Assembly (NCBI GenBank): GCA_963760125.1 | Contig: CAVXBV010000012.1 | Coordinates: forward strand, 9,355 to 73,354 | Source of the DNA: an uncultured Actinomycetota bacterium | GTDB lineage: Bacteria; Actinomycetota; Actinomycetes; Mycobacteriales; SCTD01 | Reading direction: 5' to 3' | DNA: 64,000 bases | Part shown: piece by piece, positions 46,111-55,768 of the stretch | How the letters are laid out: every line of letters starts with the position of its first letter | How positions within the stretch are numbered: the first letter of the stretch is position 1 | Notes under the pieces: generated by a model | The model's database searches: none | What the model was told of the DNA's origin: nothing | Seen by the model: the letters and a program-made list of their open reading frames with translations, nothing else | Made by a program: the position numbers and the translations under genes

Positions 46111-46500
46111 ATGAGCGACCGCGTCCTGAAGGGCTCACGGCTCGGATCCGTGAGCTATGAGAGCGATCGGCACACCGAGTTCGCGCCGCGCGCCCTGACG
46201 ACCTACGACTGCCCTCTCGGTCACGCGACCGCGGTGCCCTTTGCGGCCGAGGCCGACATCCCCTTCACCTGGGAGTGCCGCGTCTGCGGCGCGCAGGGCG
46301 AGCAGCGCAACGGCGAGGCCCCGGAGGCCAAGGCCGTCAAGCCCGCGCGCACGCACTGGGACATGCTGCTGGAGCGTCGCAGCATCGCCGAGCTCGAAGA
46401 GGTGCTGCAGGAGCGCCTGCAGGTCCTGCACGAGCACCAGGACGCCGTGAAGGCGCAGCTGCGGGCCGACGCGGCCAAGGCACGCAAGAAGAGCGCCTGA
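46111..46500 (+). CDS. rbpA: RNA polymerase-binding protein RbpA
   Basis: ATG 46111 after GGAGG. GSRLGSVSYESDRHTEFAPRALTTYDCPLGH...PFTWECRVCG...ARTHWDMLLERRSIAELEEVLQERL. Confidence 0.92.
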   Translation: MSDRVLKGSRLGSVSYESDRHTEFAPRALTTYDCPLGHATAVPFAAEADIPFTWECRVCGAQGEQRNGEAPEAKAVKPARTHWDMLLERRSIAELEEVLQERLQVLHEHQDAVKAQLRADAAKARKKSA

Positions 46501-46504
46501 CCCG

Positions 46505-47002
46505 TCAGTCGTTCCGGCCCTCGGGGTCCTCGGGGTTCTGAGGGTCCTCCGGGTGGAGGACCTCGCCGTCCACGACGGTCCCCCGCGCTTGTCGCGACAC
46601 GCGCTTGCCCAAGCCGCCCAGCACAGGTCCGACCGGCCCGAGCATCCGTGCGGCGAGGAACGACGTGAGCCCACGGCGCAGCAGCGCGCGGGTCGGCGGC
46701 AGCACGCACGCCAGGCCCACGGCATCGGTCAGGAAGCCCGGGGTGAGCAAGAACGCTCCCCCGACGATCACCAACGCACCGTCGGCCACCTCGCGCGTCG
46801 GGACGCGGCGTTCGGCCAGTGCCGTCTGCAGGGCCTGCCAAGCACGTCGTCCTTCGCGGCGGAGCAGCCACGTTCCGAGGACGGCGGCCAGGAGCAGCAG
46901 GCCGATCGTCGGAAGGGCCCCGAGGGCCTGCCCCACCTGCACCAGGACGTAGATCTCCGCGATCGGGACGACGACGAACAGCAGCAGCAGGATCAGCGGC
47001 AC
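46505..47002 (-). CDS. fxsA: FxsA family membrane protein
   Basis: MPLILLLLFVVVPIAEIYVLVQVGQALGALPTIGLLLLAAVLGTWLLRREG...LLTPGFLTDAVG. Confidence 0.88.
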   Translation of the reverse strand: MPLILLLLFVVVPIAEIYVLVQVGQALGALPTIGLLLLAAVLGTWLLRREGRRAWQALQTALAERRVPTREVADGALVIVGGAFLLTPGFLTDAVGLACVLPPTRALLRRGLTSFLAARMLGPVGPVLGGLGKRVSRQARGTVVDGEVLHPEDPQNPEDPEGRND

Positions 47003-47003
47003 G

Positions 47004-47744
47004 TCAGGACCCCTTTCGGCGCAGGCGGCTCGTCAGCCCCCACACGGTGACCCGCCACAGCGCCTCGACCACGATCGCCCGGCTCATCTTGGACTCACCG
47101 CGCTCGCGTTCGACGAACGTGATGGGGACCTCGACGACCCGCATCCCGGATTGCCACATCTTCCAGGCAAGGTCCACCTGGAAGCAGTACCCCTGCGAGT
47201 CGACCGCGCCGGACAGCACCCGGTCCAGCGCCTCGCGCCGGTAGGCCCGGTAGCCGCCGGTGGCATCGCGGAGCGGAAGGCCGAGGGCGACGCGGGTGTA
47301 GGCGTTGCCGCCGCGGCTGAGCAGCTCGCGGGAGCGCGGCCAGTTGACGACCTCTCCCCCGTCGACCCAGCGGCTGCCCAGGACGAGGTCGGCGTGCTCG
47401 AGCGCCGCGAGCAGTCGCGGCAGCTGCTCGGGGGCGTGGGAGCCGTCGGCGTCCATCTCCACGACGACGGCGTAGCCGCGCTCCTTGGCCCACGCGAAGC
47501 CGGCGAGGTAGGCCGCACCGAGCCCAGCCTTGCCCGTGCGGTGCAGGACGTGCAGCCACTCCCCCTCCGTCGCCGCGTCGGCGGCCAGGCGGTCCGCGAG
47601 CGCACCGGTGCCGTCCGGGCTGGCGTCGTCGACGACGAGCAGGTGGGCGCTGGGCACGGCTGCATGGACGCGCTCTGCGATCGGGACGAGGTTGTCCACC
47701 TCGTCGTACGTCGGGACGATGACCAGCACGGAGCCAAGGGTCAT
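47004..47744 (-). CDS. ppm1: Polyprenol-phosphate mannosyltransferase (GT2)
   Basis: VIVPTYDEVDNL...LVVDDASPDGTG...VVEMDADGSH...SQGYCFQVD. Lies immediately downstream of lnt, as in mycobacteria. Confidence 0.9.
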   Translation of the reverse strand: MTLGSVLVIVPTYDEVDNLVPIAERVHAAVPSAHLLVVDDASPDGTGALADRLAADAATEGEWLHVLHRTGKAGLGAAYLAGFAWAKERGYAVVVEMDADGSHAPEQLPRLLAALEHADLVLGSRWVDGGEVVNWPRSRELLSRGGNAYTRVALGLPLRDATGGYRAYRREALDRVLSGAVDSQGYCFQVDLAWKMWQSGMRVVEVPITFVERERGESKMSRAIVVEALWRVTVWGLTSRLRRKGS

Positions 47745-49210
47745 GGGGGCGTTCCCTTCCGGCTCCCGAGGGCAGCCACCCCGACGGCGCCCAGCGCCAT
47801 CAGGGACAAGGCGAGCTCGGGCCAGGCACCGAGCCGGGTCGCGAGCGTCCGGGCGGAGCGCAGGGGGACCTGCTGGACGGTGACGTCGCGGGTGAAGACC
47901 TCCGAGCGGTGCAGCAGCGCGCCGTCCGGGGCGATCACCGCGGACACCCCGCTCGTCGCGGCCACGAGCACGGACCGCCCGTGCTCGACGGCCCGCAGGC
48001 GCCCCATGGCCAGCTGCTGGGTGGTCTCCCCGCTGCGGCCGAACGTTGCGTTGTTGGTCTGCACGACCAGCAGCCTGCCCCCTCCGGTCACGACGTCACG
48101 CACCACCCCGTCGTAGGCGACCTCGAAGCAGATGACGTCCCCGAGCGTGACCCCGCCGACGTCGAGCACGCCGGGCGCGTCGCCGCGGGCGAAGTCGTGC
48201 GGCACCAGGTCCACCTTGTCGGTCACCTTGCGCACCAGGTTGCGGTAGGGGATGTACTCCCCGAACGGCACGGGGTGCCGCTTGACGTACGTCGCCCCCG
48301 GCCCGGTGACCGGGTCCCACACGATGCCCCGGTTGCTCACGAAGCGTCCCGGCCCGTCGGTCACGGCACCGACCAGGACCGGCACACCGATCGCGCGCAC
48401 CGCCTGGTCGATGAGGTCGCGGGCCAGCAGGTCGGTGTAGGGGTCGAGGTCGGAGGCGTTCTCGGGCCAGAGGACCAGGTCGGGCTGCGCGACCGTGCCC
48501 GCCCGCACGTCGGCGGCCAGGTCCACGGTCGCCTGGACGTGGTTGCGCAGCACCTGCGACTGCTGCGCGGCCAGCGGCAGGCCCAGCCGTGGGACGTTGC
48601 CCTGGACGACGGCCACCGTCACCTGCTCGCCTCCGGTCGGGACGGGCACCGTCAGCGCGAGGACGAGCAGGACGGGGCCGAGAGCGACCGCGGGCCGGGG
48701 GCGCGTCACGAGCAGGACGCCCAGCGCCGCGACCCCCAGGGTCACGAGGGGGGCGCCGGCGACGGCGGCCAGGGGCGTGAGCGGTGTGTGTCCCTGGCTG
48801 AACGCGAGCCTCCCCCACGGGAACCCGCCGAAGGGCAGGCGGTCGCGCAGCGCCTCTTGGCCCACCCAGAGCAGGGCTGCCCACACCGGCCACGCGGGCA
48901 GGCGCGTCACCAGGGCCAGCGCCGCGCCGAGCGCCGCGAGGAACCCTGCCTCCATCAGCGCCAAGGCGAGCCACGCGGCGGGGCCGGCGACCTCGCCGGT
49001 CCAGACCAGCAGCGGGACGAAGAAGGCCAGGCCGTGCAGCAGGCCGAGCCAGGCGCCGCGGCGCACCGAGCACCCGCGCACGGCGGCGGTGAGCAGGCCG
49101 ACCGCGACCGGGGCGAGCCACCACACGTCGTGCGGCGGGAAGGCGAGGTCGAGCAGGAGGCCGGAGGCGAGCGCCGCGCCGGTGCGGGGCAGGTCACGAG
49201 GGCGGCGCAC
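47741..49210 (-). CDS. lnt: Apolipoprotein N-acyltransferase
   Basis: Multi-TM N-terminus plus CN-hydrolase domain: VAVVQGN...LVLWPE...GDVICFEVAYD...LVVQTNNATF. Confidence 0.9.
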   Translation of the reverse strand: MRRPRDLPRTGAALASGLLLDLAFPPHDVWWLAPVAVGLLTAAVRGCSVRRGAWLGLLHGLAFFVPLLVWTGEVAGPAAWLALALMEAGFLAALGAALALVTRLPAWPVWAALLWVGQEALRDRLPFGGFPWGRLAFSQGHTPLTPLAAVAGAPLVTLGVAALGVLLVTRPRPAVALGPVLLVLALTVPVPTGGEQVTVAVVQGNVPRLGLPLAAQQSQVLRNHVQATVDLAADVRAGTVAQPDLVLWPENASDLDPYTDLLARDLIDQAVRAIGVPVLVGAVTDGPGRFVSNRGIVWDPVTGPGATYVKRHPVPFGEYIPYRNLVRKVTDKVDLVPHDFARGDAPGVLDVGGVTLGDVICFEVAYDGVVRDVVTGGGRLLVVQTNNATFGRSGETTQQLAMGRLRAVEHGRSVLVAATSGVSAVIAPDGALLHRSEVFTRDVTVQQVPLRSARTLATRLGAWPELALSLMALGAVGVAALGSRKGTPP

Positions 49211-49640
49211 CGCATGACCCTATGTCGGTCGGCGGGCGCGTTCCTTCCGCCTCAGGACGAGCGAAAGGCCCGGTGGGCCTTCGGACCGACCCGCCTGCGG
49301 ATGGCGTCCGCGTGCGTGCCGTTGTCTACTGGCCCACCGAGCCTTGGCCCGGGTCTGTCAACCCCCCTGGTCCCTCGCCACCGTCCGTGGGGTCAGCACG
49401 GCCTCCGGCGCCTCGCTCCTGGCTGCGGCTGGACGATCCCGGGGTCGGACTCCGCAGCGAGGTCACGAGACGGGCCGGGTGTGGCGGGGTGTCCGTGTCC
49501 TTGCGGGCAGGAGGCTATCGGGAGTCGACGGGCGCCTGTCAAGGCCCTGAACCCCTTGCTGCGCAAGCGATCTCCTCGCCCACGTCTCGAGGGGGCCGTT
49601 CGGAGCAGCGCGGAGCCGCTCTCTTCGTCCCACGCGTCCC

Positions 49641-51209
49641 TCAGGCCTCGTGGAGGACCGCTCCGGCGCGCACCAGCAGGCGGCACACCGGGTCGGGGGC
49701 CGACAGGTCGGGCAGTCCGGAGACCCCGGAGCGGGGGTCGGTGGACCACCCGGCGACGGCCTCGTCCGGCGTCTGGACTACCAGTTCATCGGGGACGTCC
49801 CACACGGCGAAGGTGGCCGGTGCACCCGGGACGATCTCCCCCTCGTCGTCGCGTCGCGCAGCCCGCCAGCCGCCGCGCGTGTGCGCCGCGAAGGCAGCCC
49901 GGGCGCTCAGGCCGCTGCCGGGGGTGCGGTGCTGGACGGCAGCGCGCACCGTGCCCCACGGGTCGAGGAAGGTCACGGGGCTGTCTGAGCCCAGCGCGAG
50001 GGCCACACCGGCGGTGGCCAGCGCGGCGAACGGGTTCATCGCCAGCGCGCGCTCGCGGCCCAGGCGCGCGACGTACATCCCGTCCTCGCCACCCCAGCGG
50101 GCGTCGAAGGCCGGCTGCACGCTGGCCACGACGCCGTACGTCGCGAAGCTGGCCACCTGGCGGGGGCTGATCATCTCCACGTGCTCGACGCGGTGCCGGG
50201 ACGCGCGCAGCGCCCCCTCCCCCACGACGTCGGCCGCCTGGTGCAACCCGTCCGTGACGGCCTGGAGGGCGGCGTCCCCGATGGCGTGGAACCCGGCCTG
50301 GACGCCGGCGCGCGTGCAGGCGATGAGGTGCTGGGCGACCTGCTCTGCCTCGAGGTAGGCGTGTCCGGCCCCCTCGTCGTCCTCGTAGTGGGCCCCGAGG
50401 CAGGCCGTGCGGCTGCCGATCGCGCCGTCGACGAACAGGTCGCCGGCGGCGCCGACCGCGCCGAGCTCGATCGCCTTGTCGACAGCGTCGAGCTCGCCCC
50501 AGTAGCCGATCCGTTCGACGCCGTGCTCGAGCGCGAGCAGGGCCGTGAAGTCGTCCTCGCCGCTGATGTCGGGGCCGCCGCACTCGTGCACGCAGGCGAT
50601 CCCGAGGGACGCGGCCCGGTCGAGCGCCGTGGCCTGGGCCCCCCGGCGCTGGGCCGGGGTGATCGACTTCTGGGCTGCACGACGCACCACGTGGTGGGCC
50701 TCCTGCCGGACCAGCCCGTCAGGCAGGAACCCGGGCAGCCCGCGTGCCTCCGGGCAGGCCGCCAGCAGCGCGCTGCTCGCCACCGCGCTGTGCACGTCGG
50801 TCCGCGCCAGGTAGACCACCCCGCCGTACGACGCCCGGTCGAGCTCGGACGCGGTCGGGGGGCGCTGCTCCGGCCAGCCGGTCTCGTCCCAGCCGGTGCC
50901 GAGCACGACCCCACCACGGGTCCGGCGGCAGTGGTCCTCCAGCAGGCGAAGGGACTGGGCGAGGCTGGTGGCCCCCGTCAGGTCGAGGCCGGTGATCGCC
51001 AGGCCGGTGCTGGTCGCGTGGACGTGGGCGTCGACGAAGGCTGGCGCCACCCAGGCGTCGTCGAGGTCGACCGTGCGGTCCGGGCTCAGGGCGTCCGCGG
51101 CGCGCTCCTGGCCGACCCAGACGATCGTCGCGCCGTCGACGAGCAGCGCGGTGGCGAACGGGTCGGCGGGGCTGCGGACGCGTCCGCGGCGGTAGAGGGT
51201 GGTGCTCAC
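49641..51209 (-). CDS. Amidohydrolase family (amidohydrolase-3/TIM-barrel metallohydrolase) protein
   Basis: GTG 51209. STTLYRRGRVRS...VAPAFVDAHVHATSTGL...HAIGDAALQ...HRVEHVEMI...GVALALGSDSPV. The upstream 74 codons of ORF 49641-51431 look non-coding. Confidence 0.8.
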   Translation of the reverse strand: MSTTLYRRGRVRSPADPFATALLVDGATIVWVGQERAADALSPDRTVDLDDAWVAPAFVDAHVHATSTGLAITGLDLTGATSLAQSLRLLEDHCRRTRGGVVLGTGWDETGWPEQRPPTASELDRASYGGVVYLARTDVHSAVASSALLAACPEARGLPGFLPDGLVRQEAHHVVRRAAQKSITPAQRRGAQATALDRAASLGIACVHECGGPDISGEDDFTALLALEHGVERIGYWGELDAVDKAIELGAVGAAGDLFVDGAIGSRTACLGAHYEDDEGAGHAYLEAEQVAQHLIACTRAGVQAGFHAIGDAALQAVTDGLHQAADVVGEGALRASRHRVEHVEMISPRQVASFATYGVVASVQPAFDARWGGEDGMYVARLGRERALAMNPFAALATAGVALALGSDSPVTFLDPWGTVRAAVQHRTPGSGLSARAAFAAHTRGGWRAARRDDEGEIVPGAPATFAVWDVPDELVVQTPDEAVAGWSTDPRSGVSGLPDLSAPDPVCRLLVRAGAVLHEA

Positions 51210-51310
51210 GCGCTCGACGCTACGGGGACCCAGCGACCGGCTGCCCACCAGCCGAAGAATCGCCTGTCCACGTGGTCGCGCGCGGGAAGAACGCCGTCTA
51301 CCGTGGGGGC

Positions 51311-52636
51311 ATGACCACCTTCGCGACGCAGACCCAGCTGACTCCCGCTGAGGTGCACGAGGCCCTCGGCCGGCACCTGCTGGTGGACGGCTTCGACCTG
51401 GTGCTCGACCTCGACGCCTCCCAGGGCTCACGCCTGGTCGACGCGAGAGACGGGACGTCCTACCTCGACCTGTTCACCTTCTTCGCCAGCAGCGCCCTGG
51501 GCATGAACCACCCTGCCCTGGTCGAGGACGCGACGTTCTCCACCGAGCTCCTGGCGGCGGCGCGCAACAAGCCCAGCAACAGCGACGTCTACACCGTGGC
51601 GATGGCGCGCTTCGTCGACACCTTCGCGCGGGTGCTCGGTGATCCTGCGCTCCCCCACCTGTTCTTCGTCGAGGGCGGCGCCCTCGCCGTCGAGAACGCC
51701 CTCAAGGTCGCCTTCGACTGGAAGTCCCGGTGGAACGAGGCGCACGGCATCGACCCGGCGCTCGGCACCAAGGTGCTGCACCTGCGCGAGGCCTTCCACG
51801 GGCGGTCCGGCTACACCCTGTCCCTCACCAACACCGACCCGGTGAAGGTCGCCCGCTTCCCGATGTTCGGGTGGCCGCGGATCCCGTCGCCCTACCTCGC
51901 GGGCGGCGTCGACGTCGTCGAGCGTGAGGCGGAGGCGCTGGCCGCGGCGCGCGCGGCGTTCGCGCAGCACCCGCACGACATCGCCTGCTTCCTCATGGAG
52001 CCGATCCAGGGCGAGGGCGGCGATCACCACTTCCGTCCGGAGTTCCTGCAGGCGATGCAGGCGCTGTGCCGCGAGCACGACGCGCTGTTCGTCCTGGACG
52101 AGGTGCAGACCGGGTGCGGCCTGACCGGCACCGCCTGGGCCTACCAGCAGCTCGGGGTCCAGCCGGACGTCGTGGCGTTCGGCAAGAAGACCCAGGTGTG
52201 CGGGCTGATGGCCGGAGGCCGCGTCGACGAGGTGCCGGACAACGTCTTCCACGTCTCGAGCCGCATCAACTCCACCTGGGGCGGCTCGCTGGTCGACATG
52301 GTGCGCGCCCGACGCATCCTGGAGGTGGTGGAGAGCGAGGGCCTGATCGCGCGCGCTGACCGGCTCGGCGAGCACCTGCTCGCCCGGCTGCGCGAGCTCG
52401 CCACCGCGCACGCGGAGATCACCGACGTCCGCGGTCGCGGGCTCATGTGCGCGTTCTCGCTGCCCGACGGGCCCCGACGCGACGCCGTCCTGACGGCGCT
52501 GCGCGAGGACGAGCGCGTGCTGCTGCTCGGCTGTGGTGGTCGTAGCGTCCGGTTCCGTCCCGCCCTCACGGTCAGCAGCGCTGACCTGGACGCCGGCGTC
52601 GAGGCCCTCGACCGCGTCCTGTCCCGCACCCCCTGA
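51311..52636 (+). CDS. lat: L-lysine 6-aminotransferase (class III PLP aminotransferase)
   Basis: ATG 51311. LLVDGFDLVLDLDASQGSRLVDARDG.SYLDLFTFFASSALGMNHPAL...FHGRSGYTLSLTN...LDEVQTGCGLTGTAWAYQQ...FGKKTQV. Confidence 0.85.
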   Translation: MTTFATQTQLTPAEVHEALGRHLLVDGFDLVLDLDASQGSRLVDARDGTSYLDLFTFFASSALGMNHPALVEDATFSTELLAAARNKPSNSDVYTVAMARFVDTFARVLGDPALPHLFFVEGGALAVENALKVAFDWKSRWNEAHGIDPALGTKVLHLREAFHGRSGYTLSLTNTDPVKVARFPMFGWPRIPSPYLAGGVDVVEREAEALAAARAAFAQHPHDIACFLMEPIQGEGGDHHFRPEFLQAMQALCREHDALFVLDEVQTGCGLTGTAWAYQQLGVQPDVVAFGKKTQVCGLMAGGRVDEVPDNVFHVSSRINSTWGGSLVDMVRARRILEVVESEGLIARADRLGEHLLARLRELATAHAEITDVRGRGLMCAFSLPDGPRRDAVLTALREDERVLLLGCGGRSVRFRPALTVSSADLDAGVEALDRVLSRTP

Positions 52637-52659
52637 TCCCTGCCTGAGAGGCTCTCCCC

Positions 52660-54193
52660 GTGCTCACCTCCTTCATCGACGGCCAGGCCGTCCCCGGCGA
52701 CGCCGGGACCTTCACGTCCGTCAACCCCGCGCAGCTGACCGATGTCGTCGCCGAGGTCTCCTTGGCGTCGGCCGACCAGCTGCTGCAGGCCTTCCGGGCC
52801 GCCGCCGCTGCTCAGCCGGCGTGGGCGGCGACCCCCGCGCCCGTGCGCGGACGGGTCATCGCGCAGGTCGGTCGGCTGGTCGAGGCCAACGCGGAGGCCC
52901 TGGCTCAGCTGGTGGTGCGCGAAGTCGGCAAGCCGCTGGCCGAGGCCCGCGGCGAGGTGCAGGAGATCGTCGACACCTGCGACTTCTTCCTCGGTGAGGG
53001 CCGCCGGCTCTACGGCCAGACCGTCCCGTCGGAGATGCGCGACAAGCAGCTGTTCACCTTCCGCGTGCCGGTCGGTGTCGCGGGGATCATCACCGCGGGC
53101 AACTTCCCGGTCGCCGTGCCGTCCTGGTACCTCGTGCCCGCGCTGCTCTGCGGCAACGCGGTCGTCTGGAAGCCGGCCGACTACAGCGCGGCCCTGGGCG
53201 ATGCGCTGACCCGGCTCTTCGTCGCCGGCGGCGTCCCCGCCGGGGTCCTGAACACCGTGCACGCCGACGGTCCCACGACCTTCGAGGGCCTGCAGCTCGC
53301 GCTGGAGGCTGGCGTCGTCAACAAGGTCGGTTTCACCGGTTCCTCCGAGGTCGGCGCGCAGATCGGCTCCCTGTGCGGCAAGCACCTGCAGAGCCCCTGC
53401 CTCGAGCTCGGCGGGAAGAACCCGCTCGTCGTCATGCCCGACGCCGACCTCGACCTCGCCGCGGAGGGCGCCCTGTTCTCCGGCTTCGGTACGGCGGGAC
53501 AGCGCTGCACCTCCCTCGGGGTCGCGATCGTCCACGAGGACGTGCACGACGTGTTCCTGGACAAGCTGCTCGCCCGGCTCGAGGCGGCGGCCGTCGGTGA
53601 CCCGACGCAGGACGTGCTCTACGGACCGATGCTGTCCGAGCGGTTCTTCACCGGCTTCGAGAAGTGGCTCGGCGAGGTGCAGCCGCACCACACCGTCCAC
53701 GGTCCGACCGGACGCATCACGTCGGACAACCCGCGTCCGGGCTTCGTCGGCGACCCGGATGCCGGTGTCTACGCGCACCCGACCGTCGTCAGCGGCGTCC
53801 GCAAGGCGGACGCGCTCTACCAGCACGAGACGTTCGGCCCGCTCGTGTCGGTGATGCGCTTCTCGACGTTTCGACGAGGCCTGCGACCTGGCGAACGCCC
53901 ACGGCTACGGGCTCTCCTCGGCCATCTACACCTCGAACCCGAAGGCCGTCTGGGACTTCCGCTCCCGGGTGTCGGCCGGGATGCTCTCGGTCAACAACTC
54001 CACCTCCGGCGCCGAGGCGCACCTGCCCTTCGGCGGCAACGGCAAGAGCGGCAACGGCTCGCGCCAGTCCGGGGTCTGGGTCCTGGACCAGTTCACCCGC
54101 TGGCAGTCGATGAACTGGGACTACGCCGGCAAGCTGCAGAAGGCCCAGATGGACACCGAGGCCTCGGACGTCGACCTCGACTACCGCCTGTAG
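52660..54193 (+). pseudogene. pcd: Aldehyde dehydrogenase (piperideine-6-carboxylate dehydrogenase-like), frameshifted at 53869-53871
   Basis: FPVAVPSWYLVPALLCGNAVVWKP, ELGGKNP, and GQRCTS in the frame of 52660. After VSVMRFST the true continuation FDEACDLANAHGYGLSSAIYT...PFGGNGKSGNG is in the frame of ORF 53969-54193. One T too many in ACGTTTCGAC. Confidence 0.8.
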
Positions 54194-55767
54194 GTCGCCT
54201 GCGCGCGGTACCACCGCGGGCTGGTCGTCACGGGCGGGGTGAAGGCTGCCTTGAGCACCAGCAACGACGGTTGACCGGACGCGATCCCCTGTGCCACAGC
54301 GGATCCGAGCTCGTCCACCGTGACCTCCCGTGCCTCGACCCGGAACGCGCGCGCGAGGGCGACGAAGTCGGGTGGCTCGAGGTCGCAGCCCAACGGCTGC
54401 TCGCCGTCCTTGGTGAAGTCGTAGGCCAGCATCCCGTACCCGCCGTCGTCGACCAGGACGGTCGTCAACGGGAGGCGCTCCTGCGCGGCCGTGGCCAGGT
54501 CCCCGCAGGCGAACAGGAAACCCCCGTCCCCCACCAGCGCGACGGCGGGCCGGCCGGACAAGGCGGCACCGAGCCCGGCGGGGAAGCCGAAGCCCAGGGT
54601 CCCCCAACCGACCGGGTAGGAGAGCCCGCGCGGTCGCCCGACGCGGCCGAACCCGCCGTACCAGTAGCCCGGGATGCACATGTCGGCGATGACGACGGTG
54701 TCCTCGGTGAGGCCGGACTCGAAGGCGTCGAGGAACTCCGTCTCGGGACCGGCGTACGCCGCCCGGCCGGCCGGGCGCTCGAACCACGGCTCGCGGTCCC
54801 CTTCGGGCAGGTGGTCCAACAGCACCGAAATCCCCGCGACCGCTTCCATCGGCAGGTGGACGTCGGGCTCGAGGTTGGCCGGGTGCGCGAGGTCGACCGT
54901 GACCACCCAGGGCGGTCGGGGCTGCCGGAACCCCTGGGTGTTCATGGCATCCAGGTCGCTGCCCACGACGACGACCAGGTCCGCGGCGTCCCACAGCGCT
55001 CCGGCTTCCGGCGCGTGCGGAGGCAGCGGCACGAGGTGCGGGTGGTCCGGCGGCAGGAGGCCGCGACCGCCGTACGACGTGAGCAGCGGGGCCCCCAACC
55101 GGCGGCAGAGCGCCTCGACCAGGGGACCGGCCCCGGACGCGGTCGCCCCTCCCCCGGCCCAGACCAGCGGGCGGGAGAACGGACGGGGGAAGGGGTCGCG
55201 GTCCGACAGGAACGGGCGCGTGGGCGGGACGTGCCGCTCGGGTGCCGGGACCGGCACGGGTGAGGACAGGAAGTCGGTGGGGATCTCGACGTACACCGGG
55301 CGGCGGGGATGCATCATCGCGAGGCGTCCCGCACGGACGATCACGTCGTGGACGTCCTCGGCCCGCTCGACGCGCACCTGCGCCTTGGTGACCGGCCGGA
55401 AGAACGACGCCTGGTCGGTGGTCTCGTGCAGCACCCCGGTGAACACCCCGGGAACCCGTGCGCGCGAGGGGATGTCGGTCGCAATGACCAACATCGGCGT
55501 GTGGCAGGAGAACGCCTCCCCCACGGCGGTCACCACGTTGGACGCGCCGGGCCCCGTGGTCGTCAGGGCCACGCCGAGCCGTCCGGTCGCTCGGGCGTAG
55601 CCGTCCGCCGCGTAGCCCGCGGTCTGCTCGTGCCGCACGCCCACCAGGCGAACGCCGCTGTCGGGAAAGCCCTTCCAGGCCGCGAGGTTGTGCACGCCGG
55701 GCAGTCCGAAGGCGACGTCCACGCCGAGCTCGCGAAGCCCAGCGACGAGCGCGTCGCCCCCGGTCAT
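54181..55767 (-). CDS. Thiamine-pyrophosphate-dependent enzyme (acetolactate synthase/oxalyl-CoA decarboxylase superfamily)
   Basis: ATG 55767. GGDALVAGLRELGVDVAFGLPGVHNL...RHEQTAGYAADGYARATGRLGVALTTTGPGASN...GDGGFLF (TPP motif). The N-terminal 175 codons of ORF 54181-56292 belong to the neighbouring gene in another frame. Confidence 0.85.
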   Translation of the reverse strand: MTGGDALVAGLRELGVDVAFGLPGVHNLAAWKGFPDSGVRLVGVRHEQTAGYAADGYARATGRLGVALTTTGPGASNVVTAVGEAFSCHTPMLVIATDIPSRARVPGVFTGVLHETTDQASFFRPVTKAQVRVERAEDVHDVIVRAGRLAMMHPRRPVYVEIPTDFLSSPVPVPAPERHVPPTRPFLSDRDPFPRPFSRPLVWAGGGATASGAGPLVEALCRRLGAPLLTSYGGRGLLPPDHPHLVPLPPHAPEAGALWDAADLVVVVGSDLDAMNTQGFRQPRPPWVVTVDLAHPANLEPDVHLPMEAVAGISVLLDHLPEGDREPWFERPAGRAAYAGPETEFLDAFESGLTEDTVVIADMCIPGYWYGGFGRVGRPRGLSYPVGWGTLGFGFPAGLGAALSGRPAVALVGDGGFLFACGDLATAAQERLPLTTVLVDDGGYGMLAYDFTKDGEQPLGCDLEPPDFVALARAFRVEAREVTVDELGSAVAQGIASGQPSLLVLKAAFTPPVTTSPRWYRAQATYRR

Positions 55768-55768
55768 G

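Noticed and set aside
51262-51280. TGTCCACGTGG in the amidohydrolase-lat divergent region, read as a third DnaA box or an Lrp operator.
   Set aside because: It is a single partial match (TGTCCAC) embedded in an 8-bp palindrome, CCACGTGG. It could be any regulator's site, and there is no supporting context.
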